IMG/VR virus record: IMGVR_UViG_3300016476_000510
Span: 1-29,103 of that record
DNA length: 29,103 nt
Origin: a virus
Taxonomy: Duplodnaviria > Caudoviricetes
Reading direction: 5' to 3' (one strand)
Of the stretch, positions 15,735 to 24,114 are shown piece after piece (the stretch's first letter is position 1; each line of letters begins with the position of its first letter). Both the position numbers and the translations under genes were made by a program. The notes under the pieces were generated by a model. The model was not told the origin of the DNA. It was given only the letters and a program-made list of their open reading frames with translations, and did no database searches.

Positions 15735-15904
15735 TTGTATCGTTCCAGTAATTCTTTATGGCGCTGTTCAACATCTTTCATGTGGTTGTCCAGCGCCTTT
15801 TGTTTGACGTTGCGATCAGTTTTGGCACGTTGCCATTCTTCCCACAGCTCTAGAGCTCGGCTACCTTTAGCCAAAACACTATCTCGATAAACAACTTGTT
15901 TCAT
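15731..15904 (-). CDS. Hypothetical protein, 57 aa (MKQVVYRD...)
   Basis: Hand translation; TAATG and GTGA overlaps. Confidence 0.75.
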   Translation of the reverse strand: MKQVVYRDSVLAKGSRALELWEEWQRAKTDRNVKQKALDNHMKDVEQRHKELLERYK

Positions 15905-16128
15905 TACAATACCCTAAACAATGTATTGCCTGCGGCGACATCAAAAGGTGCGCCATGCTCGGCAATATAAGTCATGTCAGTCTTTTCATCTTCACCCCAA
16001 CCTACACCTATATAATATTTGTAGTTGGCTTCTCCGGTTTGACGATAAGTTTCGATTTCGTGATCTTGTACAATCTGTACAATACCTACGCACTTTGAGC
16101 TAGTAAACCAACGAACACCTGTAATCAT
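15904..16128 (-). CDS. Hypothetical protein
   Basis: ORF in the operon. Confidence 0.75.
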   Translation of the reverse strand: MITGVRWFTSSKCVGIVQIVQDHEIETYRQTGEANYKYYIGVGWGEDEKTDMTYIAEHGAPFDVAAGNTLFRVL

Positions 16129-16129
16129 G

Positions 16130-16441
16130 TCAACCTTTCAATGTTGCCCAAAACGCTGTTTGGTGCAAGTCTGTTTCAAACTCTGGATACACTTTATTGA
16201 GCTCATCCAGATTGACCTTGTCATAACCCTTCTTGGTCTTGCTAGAAATCAGCTTGTTGATGTCTCGCTGACTTTCCACGCTGACCTTGGTCTGTAGCTT
16301 CTTGCCACGACGTCCCCAAAAGTAGGCAACCTTGTGTGAGGAATCGTAGACGTATTGATTGATGTTGCGCTCAAGGACAATGACACCCCATACCTTGTCG
16401 TGTCCGTCCTCGTTATTCCAGCCAATGAATTCGTATTGCAT
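16130..16441 (-). CDS. WGR-domain-like protein
   Basis: HDKVW...FWGRRG...KTKKGY. Confidence 0.65.
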   Translation of the reverse strand: MQYEFIGWNNEDGHDKVWGVIVLERNINQYVYDSSHKVAYFWGRRGKKLQTKVSVESQRDINKLISSKTKKGYDKVNLDELNKVYPEFETDLHQTAFWATLKG

Positions 16442-16450
16442 CTTAAAGAT

Positions 16451-16466
16451 GCCCCCTTGCGGGGGC
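16451..16466 (-). terminator. GC hairpin with GCAA tetraloop (terminator or processing site)
   Basis: GCCCCC-GCAA-GGGGGC then ATCTTT; weak U tract. Confidence 0.5.
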
Positions 16467-16472
16467 TGTTAG

Positions 16473-16679
16473 TTAGCGGACAGGACCTTCGTAGCGAGCG
16501 ACCACGTACCAGTCAGGAACTTCTTTTTCGTTGTTATGCTTCAGATTGTAATCGATAGCATACTGCTTGGCTTCTTCTTCGTTGTCAAAGTAAACATCGT
16601 CCCAGGGTTTCTGTCCCCAACCACGTTCGTATTCAGTGAGCGATACACGGAAACCAGTGGGTTTAGAGATCTTTGCCAT
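16473..16679 (-). CDS. Hypothetical protein (EYERGWGQK motif)
   Basis: SD AAGGAG. Confidence 0.8.
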   Translation of the reverse strand: MAKISKPTGFRVSLTEYERGWGQKPWDDVYFDNEEEAKQYAIDYNLKHNNEKEVPDWYVVARYEGPVR

Positions 16680-16720
16680 TTTAGGCTCCTTTCTTCTGGG
16701 TTACTATTTACTGTACTTAC

Positions 16721-16749
16721 AGTATACAGCAGGAGCCATTTTCTGTCAA
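16721..16749 (-). promoter_or_regulatory. Sigma70 promoter TTGACA-17-TATACT
   Basis: Consensus; spacer nearly identical to the 15310 promoter. Confidence 0.8.
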
Positions 16750-16988
16750 TTTTCCAGTATTTTTACCGCAGTAACATTGTCAACCCTGAAGCTGCGCCAG
16801 CCCTGGGCGTCTGTACACCAAACGCTCATAACTGCGTCATTGGGCTTTTTAACACCCTTGGACTCTACTACAGGGACCACACCCGTTTTGAGTGTGCAGG
16901 GCATTGTGCGCTCTGTGCCGTCCACTTTGGTGAACGTGACTTCGCAGACATTTTCTTGTAAGAGTTTAGTAAGTTCGGTGCGGTTCAT
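16746..16988 (-). CDS. WYL_2/SH3-like beta-barrel protein of T4-like phages
   Basis: VTFTKVDGTERTMPCTL...WRSFR. Confidence 0.75.
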   Translation of the reverse strand: MNRTELTKLLQENVCEVTFTKVDGTERTMPCTLKTGVVPVVESKGVKKPNDAVMSVWCTDAQGWRSFRVDNVTAVKILEN

Positions 16989-17302
16989 TTTGGGTTCCAT
17001 AGTTTAGCAAATTTTAACACGTTAGGAAGGTCTGCGTTCTCGTAGGGCAGGACTACTGCACAGGCTTTCTGTGCATCAAGGGTCTTGTTCTCGTGACCGA
17101 GATAGACATTGGGGAGATTGGCAATGCGTTCAAACTCTTTGCGATTTACACGCACCACGCACTTCTTAAATGATTCCTCTAGCCACTTTTTGTACAGCGG
17201 CTCGTCTTGAAATTGGAAGTGGGCACCCAAGACCGCATGCGCCACCAAGGTAGGTGTCATGTAGTCTGGAAACTCATCCAATACTGCGATGTATAATTTC
17301 AT
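16985..17302 (-). CDS. Peptidyl-tRNA hydrolase type 2 (Pth2)-like protein
   Basis: KLYIAV...LVAHA...W...KKCVVRV pattern. Confidence 0.6.
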   Translation of the reverse strand: MKLYIAVLDEFPDYMTPTLVAHAVLGAHFQFQDEPLYKKWLEESFKKCVVRVNRKEFERIANLPNVYLGHENKTLDAQKACAVVLPYENADLPNVLKFAKLWNPK

Positions 17303-17568
17303 TTCTTTAATAGCTCAAATAATTTCTTGGGATCAATAACATCCGCAAGATGTTTAACTGCGACTTCTCTGACTTCAAATTCTACAATTTCCCAGTCCTT
17401 GACCTTTTCGCGAGTGTACTCACTATAACTGTTCATATTCAGTGTAATAGTAGAACGAAGTTTGCCCAGGGTGTCATAGACCTTGCCCGACTTATTCCAG
17501 CTACCATCTGCTTTGCGGAACAGTTCGGGATTCTTCTTACTACGAATTTTGTAATATGTCATTGTCAT
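17299..17568 (-). CDS. Hypothetical protein
   Basis: ATGA overlaps. Confidence 0.8.
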   Translation of the reverse strand: MTMTYYKIRSKKNPELFRKADGSWNKSGKVYDTLGKLRSTITLNMNSYSEYTREKVKDWEIVEFEVREVAVKHLADVIDPKKLFELLKK

Positions 17569-17834
17569 TTCGTAACTGCCCTTAACTTAACCATCATAAA
17601 TTCTTCCATATCAACATCGTATCCATGAGTGTCGTATATGTCAGAGAATCTATTCTTTACAAATTTTACATGACCGTCTTTTTCTTTCCAGATGCGATCA
17701 CTGATACTGGTAAGTCTGAAGCCGCCAGCAATGACCGCATCGCTGGCTTCATGGGCATCATAGATTGCCACATAGCGACCAGGGTGACCCTCTTTTTCCG
17801 CCACGTAACTATTGATCTCGTAAAAGTAATTCAC
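17565..17834 (-). CDS. Hypothetical protein
   Basis: GTGA overlap. Confidence 0.75.
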   Translation of the reverse strand: MNYFYEINSYVAEKEGHPGRYVAIYDAHEASDAVIAGGFRLTSISDRIWKEKDGHVKFVKNRFSDIYDTHGYDVDMEEFMMVKLRAVTK

Positions 17835-18037
17835 TCGTCACCTTTGATCACATCAAAGATATTGCCGTACTCATAACGAGCCCAGTTATCCATGTCCACA
17901 TAGGTGTTGATCCGCCTGCGGAACACCCACTCAAACCAATACCACTCACCGTGTAGTTTGATTGGACGCCATGCATACCAACCACGCCAGGCGGACCTTT
18001 CGATCTTCCTGTATACAGTGCCTGGGTGATCTAGCAT
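17831..18037 (-). CDS. Hypothetical Trp-rich protein (WYAWRP)
   Basis: Start moved to MLDHPG after SD AAGGA. Confidence 0.7.
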   Translation of the reverse strand: MLDHPGTVYRKIERSAWRGWYAWRPIKLHGEWYWFEWVFRRRINTYVDMDNWARYEYGNIFDVIKGDE

Positions 18038-18041
18038 TTCC

Positions 18042-18965
18042 TTAGGCCGTCTCCATGTAGTTGCGTACCCATGCCAGACGAGCTTGCTCGTCCAGTGCAG
18101 AGTATTCTGCAATGTTAGCACGAATAGCATCCACTAGTGGATAATATTCTTCATCAAGTTTTTTCTTGATGTCGTTGTTCAGATCCACCAACTTGTCGGT
18201 CTTTGGATTGCGAGCAACCCACTTAGACGTCAAGTAGTATGGGCTCTTGATCTTAGCGGACGTTCCGTCTACTGTGTAGAAGACGAAACCTTCGTGCTTA
18301 ACCGTCTTAGCCTCAGCCATAAGCTCAGCCATAGTGTAGTGGTAGCTTTCCACAGAGTAACACCCAAGGGTATCTTCTGCAAAGATCTTCCAGGCCACTT
18401 CAGAACCAAAGCCGTTGACCTTGCTATCCCATTCGTTAGCACGCCAACCCAGGAAATACATACCAGCCTTTTCAGGCACGATATGCGGATCGTTGGGATG
18501 TACGCACTCGAACATCAGGGTATGACCATGTGCTCCACGAACTGCAAACTGCCAGTCAATCCAGGAAGCATGCTTGAGCATCATTTCCTTGGCAAGACCA
18601 ACATAAGGGCTGTCAGTAGAACCAGTAGTAGACACAAGGATGTCTCCGTTGTGCCAAGTTACGGCTACCATGAAACCGTTTACCTTACGGTATGCAGTCA
18701 CAGGCGTAGTCAAAGCGATGCGAGGTGCACGAGCTTCGATGCCATAGTTGTAGATCTTAGTGAAAGGGCGTGAGATCACGTTGAAGTCTTTGTCAACAAC
18801 AGTGCCACGACATTCTTCCAGATAAGAGTTCCACAGGTCGTCGAAGAAAACCTTCTTGGAATACTTTAGCACGAAGATGCCATCACCCGCAGGTCGCATC
18901 TTAACCAGCTTAGGGTTTTCTTCAACAAACTTCTTCAGTGCAAACTTGTCCATGACTTTTACCAT
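18042..18965 (-). CDS. RNA ligase (T4 Rnl1-like nucleotidyltransferase)
   Basis: ECRG, PFTKIYN, motif I KVNG, FE, EGFV and KIK. Confidence 0.82.
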   Translation of the reverse strand: MVKVMDKFALKKFVEENPKLVKMRPAGDGIFVLKYSKKVFFDDLWNSYLEECRGTVVDKDFNVISRPFTKIYNYGIEARAPRIALTTPVTAYRKVNGFMVAVTWHNGDILVSTTGSTDSPYVGLAKEMMLKHASWIDWQFAVRGAHGHTLMFECVHPNDPHIVPEKAGMYFLGWRANEWDSKVNGFGSEVAWKIFAEDTLGCYSVESYHYTMAELMAEAKTVKHEGFVFYTVDGTSAKIKSPYYLTSKWVARNPKTDKLVDLNNDIKKKLDEEYYPLVDAIRANIAEYSALDEQARLAWVRNYMETA

Positions 18966-18994
18966 AAAAACGGCTCTTGCGTTACAATAAATGT

Positions 18995-19029
18995 ATTATA
19001 ACACCAGAGCCAATTTGTGTCTATTTTTG
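18995..19029 (-). promoter_or_regulatory. Early promoter CAAAAA-TAGACA-17-TATAAT
   Basis: Extended -10; shared AAATTGGCTC spacer. Confidence 0.8.
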
Positions 19030-19030
19030 A

Positions 19031-20017
19031 TTATTTTTCGATTTCAAGCTCTGCAAGCTCAGCCTCGCTCAAGTTTTCATCATCGTACTCGGCATTCTCA
19101 CGATCCAGCGCACTCAGTACAGCCTTGGCAAGAAAACGGTGTGCATCTTGCTCGGTGTTCTGACTGCCTTCGTGTCCACCAGGAATCCAGGTTTTGCGAG
19201 CACTGTGCATGAATGCATCAATGTAGATTGCCTTCAGGTGTTCTGTTAGCAAGGCGATCAACTTGTCGTTTTCACCAGCGGCCAGCATGTCACTGGCAAT
19301 CAACTTGACGTCAACCAGTCGACTGTAACGGTAGTTGTCGCTTTGTAGCCAAGCCGCAGCCTTGTTTGAATCTCGCAATCGATGCAGGCCATCAAAGCCC
19401 ATCATACGTAGACGAAATCGAGCACGTTGTTCTTCTGGCAGATCTTTAAGGTATTCGAAATCTTCATCTGACCCTGTGGTTAGCATATCGATCAGCACGG
19501 GTAGATCTGCAACAATGTCCTTGAATCCATAGCTGATGTAATTGTTGCGGAAACCGTGGGTGCCAAGGCCGCCACCTACATACTTTTCAACTAGGTAGTT
19601 GTTAAGAATGTCATCTACAATATCCTTGCGGAACATGGTAAACTGTAGCTTGGTAGGCTCTGCGCTGAAACGTCCTTTGATTGCGAGTCGATTTTCATGC
19701 ACTGCCTCAAAGAACAACTCCTCATCGAAGTCTTTCTTTTTAACGGCAATGTCATGATACTGGTTGTCACCCACATCCATTTCAACCAGATCTTCCCGGA
19801 TGGCACTCATGATCAGGTCAAATGCGATGCCAGAACTATTCTCTCCTCCGCCATAATCATTGTACTCGCTCTGGAAAGGCAGCAGTAGCGGGCTAAACAG
19901 ACTAGTAGTATAGCAGTTGCTATCATCTCGAGCATCCTCCAAGACAAATACGTAGACGGGATCACCTGCATTGATGTGCAGATTGCTCAGGCCACAAGTT
20001 TTATTCCAGCATCCCAT
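19031..20017 (-). CDS. Hypothetical protein (MGCWNKTC...YNDYG)
   Basis: 328-aa ORF, SD AGGAG. Confidence 0.85.
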   Translation of the reverse strand: MGCWNKTCGLSNLHINAGDPVYVFVLEDARDDSNCYTTSLFSPLLLPFQSEYNDYGGGENSSGIAFDLIMSAIREDLVEMDVGDNQYHDIAVKKKDFDEELFFEAVHENRLAIKGRFSAEPTKLQFTMFRKDIVDDILNNYLVEKYVGGGLGTHGFRNNYISYGFKDIVADLPVLIDMLTTGSDEDFEYLKDLPEEQRARFRLRMMGFDGLHRLRDSNKAAAWLQSDNYRYSRLVDVKLIASDMLAAGENDKLIALLTEHLKAIYIDAFMHSARKTWIPGGHEGSQNTEQDAHRFLAKAVLSALDRENAEYDDENLSEAELAELEIEK

Positions 20018-20018
20018 T

Positions 20019-20387
20019 TTAAGCTCCTGTTACAAGATAAACCAAACCAATATACGTCAGTGCATGCAGGAATTGATCCAGACCCAGCAGCCACCAAAAC
20101 TGTTCATGTGTAGTAGGACCCCAACCAAGACGCTTGTTAAGATTCATCTTGGCCCAGTCGATATGATAGTGTAGCAGGCCGTCCAGAGCCGCAAGATACC
20201 ATGCGGCTACCGGAGCGTACCAATAGAAACAGAACAGTGTACCTACACAATGGAGCCATGCATGCAAGATACCACCTGCATGACCATATGTTCCTTTGTT
20301 ACTCCACTGAAATTTTGTTTGCAGAGGAAAGTCTACAATAAAATGTTTGGTGAATAGCAGGGTAATCAGTATCAGCGTTTCGCTCAT
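20019..20387 (-). CDS. DUF3307-like membrane protein
   Basis: HFIVDFPLQ, H...H, HYHID and DQFLH. Confidence 0.8.
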   Translation of the reverse strand: MSETLILITLLFTKHFIVDFPLQTKFQWSNKGTYGHAGGILHAWLHCVGTLFCFYWYAPVAAWYLAALDGLLHYHIDWAKMNLNKRLGWGPTTHEQFWWLLGLDQFLHALTYIGLVYLVTGA

Positions 20388-20575
20388 TTTCTTTTTCCAA
20401 TTCTTTCTGCGATCAACAGCTTCAACTTCTGGATGTATTCGTTATGCCAGCTATGTTCAAACTGCGGATGTTCTTTGACAAAATCTTGAGCCTTCTTCAA
20501 GAGCGCCTCAAGTTCCCGGGTTGACTTAGAAGCATAATGGGCTTCATGGTCAAAGTGTTTTGTATTGTAACCCAT
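20384..20575 (-). CDS. Hypothetical protein
   Basis: SD AAGGAG. Confidence 0.75.
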   Translation of the reverse strand: MGYNTKHFDHEAHYASKSTRELEALLKKAQDFVKEHPQFEHSWHNEYIQKLKLLIAERIGKRK

Positions 20576-20589
20576 ATGCTTCTCCTTTC

Positions 20590-20991
20590 TTAATTAAACA
20601 GTTCGCTAATGTCCCAGGCAAAACGTGCTCGCATCTTTGCCAAAGTTTCAGCAGGTACGTTATGCACGTTGCCGAAGTTGTTTTGTGCGACGAACACATT
20701 GGGCACGATGCCGAATTCTTTTGCGATGTCAAAGTAAGGGCGCAACTCCTTCACAGTGGTAAAGGTGTTGGAAACCACGACATTGCAATCTGCGGCCAGT
20801 GCTTCACGAGTCTTTGCTTGACACCACTCGTGAGCTTCACGCAGACGAGCAGCATCGAACCTGTACTCACCATCCACCATCCAGAATTGGTCTGCTTCTT
20901 GATGCACCCAATCTGGATTGTAGCACAGGGCTTGTGCCATAGTGCTCTTGCCTGAACCAGGCAAGCCACGAATCAAAACTAACTTAGGCAT
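20590..20991 (-). CDS. P-loop kinase (AAA_33 / polynucleotide kinase-like)
   Basis: LIRGLPGSGKST, VVSNT, NVHNVP. Confidence 0.85.
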   Translation of the reverse strand: MPKLVLIRGLPGSGKSTMAQALCYNPDWVHQEADQFWMVDGEYRFDAARLREAHEWCQAKTREALAADCNVVVSNTFTTVKELRPYFDIAKEFGIVPNVFVAQNNFGNVHNVPAETLAKMRARFAWDISELFN

Positions 20992-21535
20992 GATGTCCCT
21001 TAATTTCGCCTTTGAGTGCCTGAGCAATCATAAGATCAAGCTCTTGCACGATAAAACCAGTCGCGTCCATGCCTACGTCACGAGCGCGAAACTTTTCAAG
21101 ACCACTCACGCCACCATGCAGGTGTCCGTGAAAGTGTACTGCACCACGATGCATTTGATCCCATTCAGCAATAGGATAGTGAAACATCACCACCTTAGTG
21201 CCGTTGACATTGATGTCAAGGTACTTGTGTACTTCTGCAAAGCAGGAACGGAAATCCTCATCCTTCAAGAGCTTGCGATCGTGATTTCCTTCAATCAAAA
21301 TCTTAGTGCCGTTTAGGCGATCCATGATGGCGATTGCCTTGTCTGCTGGCAGAAATGCAACGTCGCCCAGAATGTAAACAGTGTCCTCAGGACAAACCAT
21401 GTCGTTCCATTCCTTGATCATGGCCTCGTTCATGTAGGCAACATCGTTACGGAAACGAGCACGGGTTACTGGGCAGAACTTCATAATGTTCGCATGCCCA
21501 AAATGGAGATCGCTAGTGATATATGTCTTAGTCAT
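20984..21535 (-). CDS. Calcineurin-like metallophosphoesterase
   Basis: DLHFGH, LGD, GNHD, HYP and HGHLH. Confidence 0.9.
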   Translation of the reverse strand: MTKTYITSDLHFGHANIMKFCPVTRARFRNDVAYMNEAMIKEWNDMVCPEDTVYILGDVAFLPADKAIAIMDRLNGTKILIEGNHDRKLLKDEDFRSCFAEVHKYLDINVNGTKVVMFHYPIAEWDQMHRGAVHFHGHLHGGVSGLEKFRARDVGMDATGFIVQELDLMIAQALKGEIKGHHA

Positions 21536-21542
21536 AAAACAT

Positions 21543-21571
21543 ATTATAACACTAGCGAGAATTTAGGTCAA
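21543..21571 (-). promoter_or_regulatory. Sigma70 promoter TTGACC-17-TATAAT, 7 nt from the ATG
   Basis: Near consensus; no room for an SD. Confidence 0.8.
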
Positions 21572-21581
21572 TTATTGACTA

Positions 21582-21659
21582 TTATTGTGGTAGTGACCAC
21601 TGGCTCATGCTCTGTTCGTCGGGGACGAAAGGCACCCAGTCTGCAGGTACGTCGATCAT
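21582..21659 (-). CDS. Possible 25-aa peptide (MIDVPADWVPFVPDE...)
   Basis: ATGA overlap and SD GGAG; coincides with a long hairpin. Confidence 0.4.
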   Translation of the reverse strand: MIDVPADWVPFVPDEQSMSQWSLPQ

Positions 21660-21997
21660 TTCTTCTCCAGTTCCTTGATGGTTTCTGTGATAGCATGCGC
21701 GAAGTTGATAGCGCTCTGCTTGTTCAAGAGCATGTGATGCTCTTGTTTGTGTACACCCTTGAACAGGATGTCATATACTGCACGAAGCCTTGCTGGCCAA
21801 TCTTTCCAGAACTCTTTGGTCCAGGTTGTAACGTAGAAGCTGACCTCTACATCAGGAATGTCTGCATCTCGCTGAACTTCAATCCACATGTGGACTGCAT
21901 GGTCATCGCTTGAGCAATCACACTCCACCTTGAAGTTCTTGCTGTCGCCGTAGTCGCCTTGCAGCGTTATACCTTGAGCAGGCTTCTGTGGTTTCAC
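21656..21997 (-). CDS. Hypothetical protein (CDC...H motif)
   Basis: GTGA overlap. Confidence 0.8.
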   Translation of the reverse strand: MKPQKPAQGITLQGDYGDSKNFKVECDCSSDDHAVHMWIEVQRDADIPDVEVSFYVTTWTKEFWKDWPARLRAVYDILFKGVHKQEHHMLLNKQSAINFAHAITETIKELEKK

Positions 21998-22281
21998 TGT
22001 AGAGTCCTCTTTGGAGCTTCTGGCAGTTCGTCTAGACCGTCAACGTCTTCAAGATCAATGCCAAGTGCCTTTGCAAGAATCATGGCTTCCTCGGGATCCA
22101 TAGTTTCCAGATCAACCGGGCGTGCCTTCTCGAACAGTTCACCAGAAGTGACCAGTCGATTGATTTCTGCCATCAGCTCGTCTAGCTCTTCTTGTGTACC
22201 TTCGAAGTTGTCAAAACAGCCTTCGGCAAAAACGATTTTCACATTTTCCGGATGCTCGGGCTTTTCAATTTCGTCAGTCAT
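21994..22281 (-). CDS. Hypothetical acidic protein
   Basis: SD AAGGA; extended -10 at 22303-22311. Confidence 0.8.
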   Translation of the reverse strand: MTDEIEKPEHPENVKIVFAEGCFDNFEGTQEELDELMAEINRLVTSGELFEKARPVDLETMDPEEAMILAKALGIDLEDVDGLDELPEAPKRTLQ

Positions 22282-22312
22282 CGTGTTTCCTTAGTGTGCT
22301 TTATTATAGCAC

Positions 22313-22537
22313 TTAACGGCGTTTACGCCAAGTGTATTCTTCACCATTTGGCAAAACTCCTTCGGTGATAGAATCAACACCGGGCTTGCCAACGCAGTTG
22401 GGGTCTTCGCTGACCATGGTCACAAAGGTGTTGCCTTCACGGCGAAGTTCCTCTGTCATCTTCAATGCCTTGGTTAGGCCCATTACATACAGTGCCTGTG
22501 CCTTGCCGTCATCATCTGTCCAATAAACTCTAAACAA
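22313..22537 (-). CDS. Hypothetical protein
   Basis: Likely TTG start (FRVYW) after GAAGGA. Confidence 0.7.
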   Translation of the reverse strand: MFRVYWTDDDGKAQALYVMGLTKALKMTEELRREGNTFVTMVSEDPNCVGKPGVDSITEGVLPNGEEYTWRKRR

Positions 22538-22895
22538 TCGTTCCTTCTTTCTCTGTATGATCCTTTGCCAGCTCGCGTAGCATGCGAGCGTGGCGGTAAT
22601 CGTTTTCCTTCTTTGTGCGCTTCTTGTCATCGCTTAGGCGCAACATCATGTCGTAGTTACGTGCCCACTCAACACCAATCAGCCAGATCTTAATTTGCTC
22701 AAGTGTGCCAGTGAACAGTTCTGCATCACGAGCGTAAATGGGCAAGCTATCTTGATCCTTGGGCTTTACGCCTGCGCGATCGCTGTAGTCATCACCACCC
22801 CAGCCGCCATGCTTGGGTGCGCTCAACATCAAACCAAGTTTGTCAAGATCGGCTTCCAGACGCCGCAGTCCCAGAACACTTTGATAGCCAGCCAT
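22530..22895 (-). CDS. Hypothetical protein (ends in TAG)
   Basis: Start moved to MAGYQ. Confidence 0.8.
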   Translation of the reverse strand: MAGYQSVLGLRRLEADLDKLGLMLSAPKHGGWGGDDYSDRAGVKPKDQDSLPIYARDAELFTGTLEQIKIWLIGVEWARNYDMMLRLSDDKKRTKKENDYRHARMLRELAKDHTEKEGTIV

Positions 22896-22896
22896 T

Positions 22897-22980
22897 TTAA
22901 AACCCATCCTTAATAAGAATTGCCAGGCCCATGATAATCACAGGCATTAGCACGATACACAAATTTACGATAGCGGTCAT
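22897..22980 (-). CDS. 27-aa hydrophobic peptide
   Basis: MTAIVNLCIVLMPVIIMGLAILIKDGF; started by the ATGA of repeat copy C. Confidence 0.6.
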   Translation of the reverse strand: MTAIVNLCIVLMPVIIMGLAILIKDGF

Positions 22981-23210
22981 AGTTCAACTCCGAAATGTTT
23001 CTTGATAAATTCAGATGGAACCAGATCCAGTCGTTTCACCCTCAGAGGATTAGGTGTGTTCTTTTCAAATTGATACTGATCCGCTAACAATCCACATTCT
23101 TTCACAATCAACTCGGCGAACTTTTGTTCATCAAGTTCTTCAGTCACATAATTACCATTCCAAGTGTATGATGTAGCCTGTTCTTTAAGTTTTTTAATTC
23201 GTTCGTTCAT
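22977..23210 (-). CDS. Repeat-family protein, copy C
   Basis: MNERIKKLKEQA...KFAELIVKEC...KKHFGVEL. Confidence 0.9.
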   Translation of the reverse strand: MNERIKKLKEQATSYTWNGNYVTEELDEQKFAELIVKECGLLADQYQFEKNTPNPLRVKRLDLVPSEFIKKHFGVEL

Positions 23211-23404
23211 TATTGATCTCCAATAACATCCAGTGCTTCATCAAAATCAGCAGTTGATTCTGTCCACTCTTTGTGAACAGAATGAATAATGAACCCAGCA
23301 TCAATTCGCTCTTTGATGAATTTTGACGCATCAGTCCACTTGGTGAAAATCTTTTGGTTATATGGAACATTACCATACCAAACTGAATACACAAACTTTT
23401 TCAT
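23210..23404 (-). CDS. Hypothetical protein sandwiched between repeat copies D and C
   Basis: ATGA and TAATG overlaps. Confidence 0.75.
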   Translation of the reverse strand: MKKFVYSVWYGNVPYNQKIFTKWTDASKFIKERIDAGFIIHSVHKEWTESTADFDEALDVIGDQ

Positions 23405-23661
23405 TCTTCAACTCCGAAATGTTGTTTTACAGATTGTTTGATATGTTCAATCAAAGCCCGATCCCGATCAGTTTGGAACACTTCTGTGTGTGCGTCAGTA
23501 ATGTCCAACATTTGACGAACAATCAACTCGGCGAACTTTTCCAAGTCTACTGAATGAAGTGTAACTGCATTTTCTGGTTTCTTTTCACCACGATAGTAAG
23601 CATAACTCAATTCGTTAGCATTAGCCTGTAGAGCAAGTTCTTTAATTCGTTCGTTCATCAT
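23401..23661 (-). CDS. Repeat-family protein, copy D
   Basis: MMNERIKELALQA...EKFAELIVRQ...KQHFGVEE. Confidence 0.9.
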   Translation of the reverse strand: MMNERIKELALQANANELSYAYYRGEKKPENAVTLHSVDLEKFAELIVRQMLDITDAHTEVFQTDRDRALIEHIKQSVKQHFGVEE

Positions 23662-23715
23662 TCCAATTCTCCTGTAATATCGTTGACCCGACCAAGGTAG
23701 ACAGCCTGCTTTATA

Positions 23716-24039
23716 TTACCAACTAATTTGGATACCGTAGTTTGTATGTGAGGGGCCATTGCCATCATCGTCAGCAAGTCCTCGGGGAACATAACTCTCA
23801 CCGTCTCGTTGAAAGACAACCTTGTAACCTAACTTCTTGAGTTCTTCCATTGCGGCTTTTTGGATATTATCGGGCTGAACATTATGATAAACTGGTTCGG
23901 CACCTAGGCAGATGAACACAAATCGTTTTCCGCTTTCAGCCGCGTCTTTGACTTTCTTCTCAACAGTATGTGTAAGGAACGTCTGTACCTCTACACCGCT
24001 CTCATCGTAGAGTTGTTTGGCTTGTTTTGCGTCAATCAT
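23716..24039 (-). CDS. Hypothetical protein
   Basis: 107-aa ORF. Confidence 0.8.
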   Translation of the reverse strand: MIDAKQAKQLYDESGVEVQTFLTHTVEKKVKDAAESGKRFVFICLGAEPVYHNVQPDNIQKAAMEELKKLGYKVVFQRDGESYVPRGLADDDGNGPSHTNYGIQISW

Positions 24040-24114
24040 TTTGTAACCTTACTCAAGTTGACCTCGCCGTCGACCACGGGGTGGACTTGAACGATGTGTT
24101 TGTATGTGGTCACA

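Noticed and set aside
21599-21640. Hammerhead ribozyme suggested by GACGAAA
   Set aside because: No CUGAUGA core on either strand.
23194-23394. Alternative-frame minus ORFs (529-804, 2400-2918, 8526-8744, 12940-13200, 20751-20969, 23194-23394)
   Set aside because: They are nested in better-supported frames that have SD or overlap signals.
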